Positions 17,128 to 25,969 of a stretch of 32,000 nucleotides of DNA are shown here, one piece after another. The DNA comes from Synechococcus elongatus PCC 6301 (lineage in GTDB: Bacteria > Cyanobacteriota > Cyanobacteriia > Synechococcales > Synechococcaceae): positions 1,440,001 through 1,472,000 of the forward strand of contig NC_006576.1 in the NCBI RefSeq assembly GCF_000010065.1, written 5' to 3'. Below the pieces are notes generated by a model that saw only the letters and a list, made by a program, of their open reading frames with translations, was not told the origin of the DNA and searched no databases. The first letter of the stretch is position 1; every line of letters starts with the position of its first letter. A program made the translations under genes and the position numbers.

Positions 17128-17478
17128 TCAGTACTCCCGACAGACAAACTTGAGAGCAGCACTTTTGGTGCGGGCGTTCACTGCCTGCCAACGATCGCTC
17201 AGCCCAGTACCACCGTTGAGGGCATAGCTCAGACCTTGATTGGGATCTTGGCAGTCCACCTTCAACTGCACAGTCGCGGGCGGTTGCCCCACTTCAGCCC
17301 AGCGCACAGTCACTTGACGATAGCGACCATTGCCATCGCGTTGGACAGCAGCTTCTACAAAAATCGTTAGATCAGGATTGGTGACAGCAGCAACCCGAAT
17401 CCAGTTCTCAGCCTGAACGGGAGGGATCAGCAGTCCCAGCGAGAGACAACCCAGTAGCCAAGCGACATTGCAGCGCAT
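17128..17478 (-). CDS. secreted hypothetical protein
   Basis: 116 aa. Signal peptide MRCNVAWLLGCLSLGLLIPPVQA-EN. Two Cys residues in the mature part. No family recognised. Confidence 0.6.
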   Translation of the reverse strand: MRCNVAWLLGCLSLGLLIPPVQAENWIRVAAVTNPDLTIFVEAAVQRDGNGRYRQVTVRWAEVGQPPATVQLKVDCQDPNQGLSYALNGGTGLSDRWQAVNARTKSAALKFVCREY

Positions 17479-17576
17479 GATTGCGAATCCTTAGCCTTAT
17501 TCCTGAGATGTTTCTATTCTCGACAGGAAACTTGAAGGATGTCTACCTAGCTGGCCGCTTTGTGAAGTGTCGGGGC

Positions 17577-18119
17577 TTAGACCTCTGCCGGCGGTTCAGG
17601 CGGTTTGACGCCGAGCCGAATCTCAGAATAGAAAGAGCTGCGGCTGAGGCCCGTGCGATCGCGAATCAAGCTAGTCCGCAAGCGCAGGTTGGGATGGGCA
17701 AACCAAAACCGTTCTTCTACCTGCCCATCGGGCTGCTCAGTGGTCAGCGTCAGGCCCCGATGGTCGCCTTCAAACTGGTAGCGCCCCTGCCAGCAGCGAT
17801 CGCCCCGCTGATGTACGAGCCGATCGCCCTCGGCTAGGAACACCAACAGACTCGTGCTGGCTGGCTGTTGGGGGGTTGCCTCCCAACGACTCTGGAGAGC
17901 AGCGATGGCGAGGCCTTGCTCAGCTATCAGAGCTTGGAGTTCTGGTGCATCCGCTGCGAGGAAATCAACGAACAGGGTAGTTTGGTCAGACTGATGCCAG
18001 TCTTGGGTAGCCCCGAGACGATAGCTCGTGCGCTGGGAAAACCACTTGCCCGCACAAGATTCCAAAAATTCAGCCAGGCTCACGGCAGCGCTTGCGACTC
18101 GACCCTTCGAGTCTCCCAT
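17577..18119 (-). CDS. CpcS/CpeS family phycobiliprotein chromophore lyase
   Basis: AEFLESCAGKWFSQRTSYRL matches the conserved F..S.G.W.SQRT.H.L N-terminal signature of S-type bilin lyases. ATG 18119 is preferred; the ORF is open to 18188. Confidence 0.7.
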   Translation of the reverse strand: MGDSKGRVASAAVSLAEFLESCAGKWFSQRTSYRLGATQDWHQSDQTTLFVDFLAADAPELQALIAEQGLAIAALQSRWEATPQQPASTSLLVFLAEGDRLVHQRGDRCWQGRYQFEGDHRGLTLTTEQPDGQVEERFWFAHPNLRLRTSLIRDRTGLSRSSFYSEIRLGVKPPEPPAEV

Positions 18120-18221
18120 CCCAGTTGAGCTTAGGGCAAATGGCAGTCGCTCAAGATGGCTCGTTCCAGTCGTCCGTGTTCTGGACAAGGAGCGATCGCA
18201 TTCTGAAGACCCTGGACAAAA

Positions 18222-19157
18222 TTACTCACTCTCAGGTCGGTAGCCCAGCTCTTCCAATTGGCTGCGCGATTGTCGCCACTTGGGCTGGACTTTGACGAAT
18301 AGTTCTAGGTAAATTTTGCCGTCGATCAGCTTCTGCATTTGCTGGCGAGCTTCGCTGCCGATCGCCTTCATCATCGAGCCACCCTTGCCAATCAAGATCG
18401 CTTTCTGAGAGGGGCGTTCCACGCAAATCATGGCAAGGATGCGGGTGATCTTTTCATCCTCTTCAACCCGTTCAATCACCACCGCGACGGAGTGCGGCAC
18501 TTCCTCGCGGGTTTGCAGCAAAATTTGCTCACGAATCAGCTCTGCCATGATGAAGCGCTCGGGCTGATCGGTGATGAGGTCGGGCGGGTAGTAATAGGGC
18601 CCAGGTTCTAGAGCGTGGGTCAGCTGTTCCAGCAAAGCACCTGTTCCTGCACCGGTTGTGGCTGAGAAGGTCTGCAACGGCCAATCGCGATCGCCCGCGA
18701 GTTGCGCATAGCTGGCCGCGATCGCTTCTGCATCTTCTGGTAACTGGCGATCGACCTTGTTTAGGCCAAGAACCGTCGGCACGCCAGCCCGTTGAATCAA
18801 ATCCGCGATAAAAGCATCACCCCGTCCTGCCGGCACACTGCCATCAACAACAAACAGCACGAGGTCCACAATCCGAATCGCACTGCTGGCGTTTTGCACT
18901 AAGACGCTGCCGAGCTGGTGCTGGGGCTTGTGAATGCCGGGGGTATCGACAAAGACAATCTGAACTTGATCCGTCGTCAGCACACCCCGTAGCCGATTGC
19001 GGGTGGTTTGCGCCACTGGCGAGGTAATCGCAATTTTTTGCCCGACCAAGTGGTTCATCAAGGTTGACTTGCCCACATTGGGCCGCCCGATCAGCGCCAC
19101 AAAGCCCGAACGAAAGCCCTCTGGGGCAACCGGAATCGTGGTGAAAAGGTCGGACAT
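18222..19157 (-). CDS. era: GTPase Era
   Basis: G1 GRPNVGKST, G3 DTPG, G4 NKVD, and a C-terminal KH domain (VIERVEED...ILIGKGGSMMK). Confidence 0.95.
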   Translation of the reverse strand: MSDLFTTIPVAPEGFRSGFVALIGRPNVGKSTLMNHLVGQKIAITSPVAQTTRNRLRGVLTTDQVQIVFVDTPGIHKPQHQLGSVLVQNASSAIRIVDLVLFVVDGSVPAGRGDAFIADLIQRAGVPTVLGLNKVDRQLPEDAEAIAASYAQLAGDRDWPLQTFSATTGAGTGALLEQLTHALEPGPYYYPPDLITDQPERFIMAELIREQILLQTREEVPHSVAVVIERVEEDEKITRILAMICVERPSQKAILIGKGGSMMKAIGSEARQQMQKLIDGKIYLELFVKVQPKWRQSRSQLEELGYRPESE

Positions 19158-19250
19158 GAAGCTCTCAAGGGCAGATCGTAGACCTCAACCCTAGCCGCGA
19201 TCGCCCCACCCTGCCTAGCATGATCGGCAGCGCTGTCCTCATCTACTGCC

Positions 19251-19685
19251 ATGCTGACGCTGCTCCTGCCCGCGACCTGTCGTCACACGATCGCCGTTCA
19301 TTTACAGCAGTGCTATCCCCAAGAAGGTTGCGGTTTGCTGTTGGGAGTGGACAGACGAGTTGAACAGGTTTGGCCCGCCACCAATGTCTGGCAGCCTGAG
19401 GACACCGATGAGGATCACGATCGCTGCGATCGCTATCAAGTTGATCCCCAAGCACTCCTGCAAGCCCAGCGCTACTGCCGCGACCGCCAATGGCAAATTC
19501 TCGGCATTTATCATTCGCATCCCGACCATCCGGCGGTTCCCTCAGAATGCGATCGCCAGCAGGCTTGGCCTGAGTATGTTTACCTCATCGCCTCAGTCAC
19601 GCAAGGTAAGATTGAAGACTGTCGTTGTTGGCACCTGAACGACCAACGACAGTTTGAGGCGATCGCGATCGCCGAGCCGACCTGA
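19251..19685 (+). CDS. JAMM/MPN+ (Mov34) family metalloprotease
   Basis: 144 aa. Conserved Glu in QEGCGLLLG. HSHPDHPAVPSECD (nt 19512-19553) fits H-x-H-x7-S-x2-D exactly. Confidence 0.85.
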   Translation: MLTLLLPATCRHTIAVHLQQCYPQEGCGLLLGVDRRVEQVWPATNVWQPEDTDEDHDRCDRYQVDPQALLQAQRYCRDRQWQILGIYHSHPDHPAVPSECDRQQAWPEYVYLIASVTQGKIEDCRCWHLNDQRQFEAIAIAEPT

Positions 19686-19711
19686 GCAGGCTAAGGGCCC
19701 TAATTCAATCC

Positions 19712-20887
19712 ATGCTCAACCTCGACACGGACTCTATTCAACTCACCCAAGACGACTACGCCCGCTACTCTCGGCATTTAATCCTGCCGGAAGTGGGTCT
19801 GGAAGGTCAAAAGCGTCTCAAGGCTGCCAAGGTGCTCTGCATCGGTACCGGTGGTCTGGGTTCACCACTGCTGCTCTATCTGGCGGCGGCAGGAATCGGA
19901 CGGATTGGGATTGCCGATTTTGATATCGTCGACCACTCCAACCTGCAACGGCAAGTCATTCACGGCACCTCGTGGGTGGGCAAGCCCAAAATTGAATCGG
20001 CGAAAAACCGGATCCACGAGATCAACCCCTACTGTCAAGTCGATCTCTACGAAACGGCACTGAGTTCCGAAAATGCGCTGTCGATCCTCGAACCTTACGA
20101 CGTGATTGTCGACGGCACCGACAACTTCCCGACGCGCTACCTCGTCAATGACGCCTGCGTGCTACTCGGGAAGCCCAACGTCTATGGCTCAATCTTCCGC
20201 TTTGAAGGCCAAGCGACGGTTTTCAACTACGAGGATGGCCCCAACTACCGCGACCTCTATCCAGAACCGCCGCCACCGGGCATGGTGCCCTCCTGCGCTG
20301 AGGGCGGTGTGCTCGGCATTTTACCGGGGATCATCGGTGTGATTCAGGCAACCGAGACGGTCAAAATTATTCTGGGTCAAGGCCAAACTCTGAGCGGTCG
20401 CCTACTGCTCTACAACGCACTGGATATGAAATTCCGCGAGCTAAAACTGCGGCCCAATCCAGAGCGTCCGGTGATCGATCGCCTGATCGATTACCAAGAG
20501 TTTTGTGGGATCCCCCAAGCGCAAGCAGCCGAAGCAGCTGCCACGGACTCGATCCCCGAGATCAGCGTCACGGAACTCAAGGCCATCCTCGATCGCCAAG
20601 ATCCGGAAGTCTTGCTAATTGACGTGCGTAACCCCCACGAAGCAGAGATTGCCACGATTCCAGGAGCCATCTTGGTGCCACTGCCCGACATCGAAGCCGG
20701 TGCAGGTGTTGAGACAGTGCGTGAACTCCTCAACGGCAAGCGCGAGCTGATCGTTCATTGCAAGATGGGAGGGCGATCGGCCAAAGCCCTCGGCATTCTC
20801 AAAGAGGCGGGGATCACCGGCACGAACGTGGCTGGCGGGATCAACGCTTGGAGTCAAGACGTCGACCCCAGCGTGCCGCAGTACTAA
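19712..20887 (+). CDS. MoeB/ThiF-type E1-like adenylyltransferase fused to a C-terminal rhodanese domain (MoeZ-type)
   Basis: YSRHLILPEVG, nucleotide loop IGTGGLGSP, NLQRQ and PSCAEGGVLG. The C-terminal rhodanese has the active-site loop HCKMGGRS. Confidence 0.9.
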   Translation: MLNLDTDSIQLTQDDYARYSRHLILPEVGLEGQKRLKAAKVLCIGTGGLGSPLLLYLAAAGIGRIGIADFDIVDHSNLQRQVIHGTSWVGKPKIESAKNRIHEINPYCQVDLYETALSSENALSILEPYDVIVDGTDNFPTRYLVNDACVLLGKPNVYGSIFRFEGQATVFNYEDGPNYRDLYPEPPPPGMVPSCAEGGVLGILPGIIGVIQATETVKIILGQGQTLSGRLLLYNALDMKFRELKLRPNPERPVIDRLIDYQEFCGIPQAQAAEAAATDSIPEISVTELKAILDRQDPEVLLIDVRNPHEAEIATIPGAILVPLPDIEAGAGVETVRELLNGKRELIVHCKMGGRSAKALGILKEAGITGTNVAGGINAWSQDVDPSVPQY

Positions 20888-20918
20888 CTACTAGGGGCGA
20901 TCGCCTGTAGTCATCCCA

Positions 20919-20965
20919 GCCCGATCGCAGTCCCTCCCAGCGAGGTAGAGGCGAGCGGGCTTTTT
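20919..20965 (+). terminator. intrinsic terminator after the E1-rhodanese gene
   Basis: GCCCGATCGC (20919-20928) pairs 9/10 with GCGAGCGGGC (20951-20960), followed by TTTTT. Confidence 0.65.
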
Positions 20966-21322
20966 GCTGCCCACGCGACCGTGAGCATCGCATCACAATT
21001 CCCGAAAAATGCAGGAATTGAATCCTGAATCTTAGTGGTTTTGGATAACTAGTGGTTAGGTCCACCCGCTGTAGCAACGGCGCGATCGCCATCACACAAA
21101 CTGTTACGTTCGACGCCGCGACTCCTAGGGAGCTAAGCACAGGAAGACAAGTGCTGTAGCTCAGACCCAGTCAGGCTTTTCGCAATTTGGTGGACTGCGA
21201 TACAGACAGCTGCAGGATGAGCCATCACAGTTTGAAATTGAACAGTAAGTTTTTCTTAAGACCCAAATCCAAATAGGCGTAATACCCTAAATCTTGAATC
21301 TCGGTGGTGTGAGAGTGCGGTT

Positions 21323-21841
21323 ATGACAAAACGCAAATCTCCTAGGCTCCATCGGCCTCGGCGCAGCCGTGTTGAGCCCTGTGAACCTGTCATTGACAGT
21401 ATTCCTTGGGAACTTTACGAGGCGCTGCGTCAGCAGCATGAGGCATTACTCGATTGGGTTGCCCAGTTAGAGGCTACGGTGGCTGATCCACTCTTGCAGC
21501 CGCCATCTGTGCCTGCAGCCGCAACCGATGCGCAAGTGCAGCGTCTGCGCACAGAAAACCAAGAACTTCGCGATCGCTTAGATCGCCAGCAACGCTATAT
21601 CTGCCAGTTAAAGCGGGCTTTGGAATCGAGCTTGGAAGGGCAAGTACCCATGGAGCTCTTGGCCAGCTTGCAACCCACGGTCGAAGCAGCTCCAAGCCCA
21701 GCCACGATCCCCCCAGTCCCCGCTGAACTCCTCTCTTCACCGCTGGAACCCGCAATCGCCAGTACCACCGTTGCGCCCAGCCCTCGTAAGAGTTTTGCGG
21801 CTGTGCAATTGCCACGCTTCCGCGAGGTACATCGCAGTTGA
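21323..21841 (+). CDS. hypothetical protein with basic N-terminus and central coiled coil
   Basis: 172 aa beginning MTKRKSPRLHRPRRSR, then QVQRLRTENQELRDRLDRQQRYICQLKRALE. Host-like composition with HIP1. Confidence 0.55.
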   Translation: MTKRKSPRLHRPRRSRVEPCEPVIDSIPWELYEALRQQHEALLDWVAQLEATVADPLLQPPSVPAAATDAQVQRLRTENQELRDRLDRQQRYICQLKRALESSLEGQVPMELLASLQPTVEAAPSPATIPPVPAELLSSPLEPAIASTTVAPSPRKSFAAVQLPRFREVHRS

Positions 21842-21927
21842 GGCTAGGGGACTAAGGTTGGCGGCTGAGGGCTAGTGACGGAAGCGATCGCCCCTCGACC
21901 GAAAACTTTCTCAGCAGAGAAAATTAA

Positions 21928-23673
<1,746 letters not shown>

Positions 23674-23698
23674 TCCCGCTGTTCTGATCGCTCGAACC

Positions 23699-23929
23699 CT
23701 AGGGCGATTTGCCCTCAACCTCAGTCTGGGGTTGGGGGCTTGCTGCGATCGCGAGTGATCGCCAGCGCCAGACCAGCGCGACTCCCAGCAGCAGGGGTGG
23801 CAGCAAAACCAAAGTCAACGCCACGGTATCGGTTGCCGGGAGGGGGAAGCGGGGACCCAGTTCTCGAATTGTCCAAGAAATAGCGATCGACAGACCGAGG
23901 AGTTGCAGTAAAAACAGTCCTGATTTCAT
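23699..23929 (-). CDS. small two-TM membrane protein (hypothetical)
   Basis: 76 aa. Its ATG overlaps the stop of the fibrillin gene (ATGA at 23926-23929). A competing 85-aa ORF in another frame looks less protein-like. Confidence 0.45.
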   Translation of the reverse strand: MKSGLFLLQLLGLSIAISWTIRELGPRFPLPATDTVALTLVLLPPLLLGVALVWRWRSLAIAASPQPQTEVEGKSP

Positions 23930-24543
23930 GCGGATTGACCAGTGCCAGGCCGTTGCAAGACAAAGACGCTGCCTTCATTGCCGCGATTGATCCGCAGGTC
24001 TTGGTCGAGATACGTCAGCTCAATCCAGCCACGCCGATTGCCGGGCTGAACCGGGAAATCAATGCCCGTCCAAATGCGCTGATCCTGCCCCAGTCGCTCG
24101 ACCCAAGTCGCCACATTGCGGTAGCCCAAGAAGCGCTCCAGTCCCAAAACAAGGCGCTGAAAGCTGACTTCCAGCCGGCGATCGGAAACTACTTCAAACT
24201 GGGCGGCAACGCTGACCAAGCCTGTCCCCAGAAGACTTTGCACCTCAGCTAAGTTGACGACGCGGCGATCGCTCAGGCGCAGACATTGCCAAATTTCACC
24301 CAGAGCGAGCAGGGGTAAGCGATCGATGCCCAGCAGTTCCAAACTGGTGGTGAACAACAGCTTCCAGTCGCCCTCCAGCAGGGCCGTTGCCGTCGTGGGC
24401 TCAGGCGTAGGATTGATTGCCTCCAGCTCTGCAATCGCCCGCAGGATACGGTCTGCCTCCGCCGGTTGAGGCTGCCACGGTTGTGAACAAGCAGCGATCG
24501 CTGCCAACAGGTCGTGCTTTTGGGCTGAGCAGTGAGCCGTCAT
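23926..24543 (-). CDS. PAP/fibrillin family protein
   Basis: 205 aa. LLAAIA...ILRAIAELEAINPTPEPT...LEGDWKLLFTTS is the typical fibrillin N-terminal pattern. Confidence 0.8.
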   Translation of the reverse strand: MTAHCSAQKHDLLAAIAACSQPWQPQPAEADRILRAIAELEAINPTPEPTTATALLEGDWKLLFTTSLELLGIDRLPLLALGEIWQCLRLSDRRVVNLAEVQSLLGTGLVSVAAQFEVVSDRRLEVSFQRLVLGLERFLGYRNVATWVERLGQDQRIWTGIDFPVQPGNRRGWIELTYLDQDLRINRGNEGSVFVLQRPGTGQSA

Positions 24544-24617
24544 GGCTGCGGTCCCTACGTTAGGATAAAAGATCGGTGCGAGTCATTGATCGTGCCCTAG
24601 CTTGCGTTGCCGCCACT

Positions 24618-24857
24618 ATGCTCAAAAATCCTTCTCTCAAACAGTATCCCCGTCAGCAGCCAGCGCCGTTGCTGCCGGCATCGGATGAGCCCGATCTGTT
24701 GACTTGGCTCGAAAGCAGTGGCCGTTTAATCGCCCGCGATAATGTCGCAGAACCCGACTTCCCGACCGCTGAGGAAGAGGAAATTTCAGCCTTGATGGGC
24801 GTTGAGGATTCGTCCTACGACGATTACGACGAAGACGATTCCTACGACGAAGACTAG
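24618..24857 (+). CDS. small acidic cyanobacterial protein (DUF3134-like, tentative)
   Basis: MLKNPSLKQYPRQQPAPLLP...LLTWLESSGRLIARD with a D/E/Y-rich tail. The ORF is open from GTG 24576, which is preceded by AGGA. The family call is from memory only. Confidence 0.6.
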   Translation: MLKNPSLKQYPRQQPAPLLPASDEPDLLTWLESSGRLIARDNVAEPDFPTAEEEEISALMGVEDSSYDDYDEDDSYDED

Positions 24858-24862
24858 GCGGA

Positions 24863-25969
24863 GTGGCTCCTGTGTCTTGGGGACAGGCGCTCCGCAACTA
24901 CAAGCCCACCGGCCAGCAGCTGTTTTTCAGCCTAACCGCTCTCTTGGCGGCTGCGGTTTGGGGTCGCGATCGTCAGTTAGACATTGGGCTGTTCAGCCCC
25001 CAAAGTCAATTGCTGGCTTTGGGGTTGGGTTTTAGCCTCGCGGCGATCGCCGGCTACTGGGTCGTGCCGCTGCTTCGTCGCATCAAGGCAGGGCAATTTA
25101 TTCGCGAAGATGGGCCGCAGTCCCATTTGCAAAAAGCCGGAACCCCGACCATGGGAGGCATTTTTGCGATTCCTGCTGGCCTCTTGCCTGCCCTGATTCT
25201 GGCGGGGCGATCGCCCCTAGTGTGGGCGCTGGCGTTCGTGACGCTGGCCTATGCCACGATCGGTTGGCTGGATGACTGGCAAATTCTGCGGCATCGCAAC
25301 AACAAAGGAATTTCTCCCAAGCTCAAGCTCTGCCTGCAGTTTGGGGCTGCCTTCCTCTTCTGCCTATGGCTGATCAGCCAGCAGGGTTGGCAAGGCACAA
25401 TCACGACGATCACTCTGCCCTTTGGCTGGAGTTTAGCCCTCAGTCTGCTGTTCTGGCCCTTGGCCGTCTTCACCTTGGTGTCCGAGAGCAATGCGACCAA
25501 CCTGACCGATGGGTTGGATGGGCTAGCAGGGGGAACAGGTGCCGCTGTCCTTGCTGGCTTGGGTCTCTGGCTGGCACCTCAAGACCCGGCGATCGCGACC
25601 TTCTGCTGCAGTTTGGCTGGGGGCTTCCTCGGCTTTCTCCTCCACAATCGCAACCCAGCCCGTGTCTTCATGGGTGATACCGGATCTCTCGCTTTGGGCG
25701 GGGCGATCGCCGCGATCGCGATCGTGGCTAACTGCCTCTGGGTGCTGTTGGTGATGGGCGGCTTATTTGTCTTGGAATCGATCTCCGTCATACTCCAAGT
25801 CAGCTACTACAAAGCCACCAAAGGGCCTGATGGCAAAGGTAAGCGCTTATTGCGCATGGCTCCTTGGCACCATCATCTCGAACTGGGGGGCTGGAGCGAG
25901 ACACAGGTGGTCGCCAGTTTTTATGGCTTGACGCTGCTGTTGATTGCCAGTTGTTGGCTCTTAAACTAG
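24863..25969 (+). CDS. mraY: phospho-N-acetylmuramoyl-pentapeptide transferase
   Basis: 368 aa, polytopic. NATNLTDGLDGLA, VFMGDTGSLALGG and APWHHHLE motifs. GTG start. Confidence 0.95.
   Translation: MAPVSWGQALRNYKPTGQQLFFSLTALLAAAVWGRDRQLDIGLFSPQSQLLALGLGFSLAAIAGYWVVPLLRRIKAGQFIREDGPQSHLQKAGTPTMGGIFAIPAGLLPALILAGRSPLVWALAFVTLAYATIGWLDDWQILRHRNNKGISPKLKLCLQFGAAFLFCLWLISQQGWQGTITTITLPFGWSLALSLLFWPLAVFTLVSESNATNLTDGLDGLAGGTGAAVLAGLGLWLAPQDPAIATFCCSLAGGFLGFLLHNRNPARVFMGDTGSLALGGAIAAIAIVANCLWVLLVMGGLFVLESISVILQVSYYKATKGPDGKGKRLLRMAPWHHHLELGGWSETQVVASFYGLTLLLIASCWLLN

Noticed and set aside
20841-21140. A 99-aa minus-strand ORF.
   Set aside because: It overlaps the 3' end of the E1-rhodanese gene and runs through its terminator hairpin. 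The composition is not protein-like.
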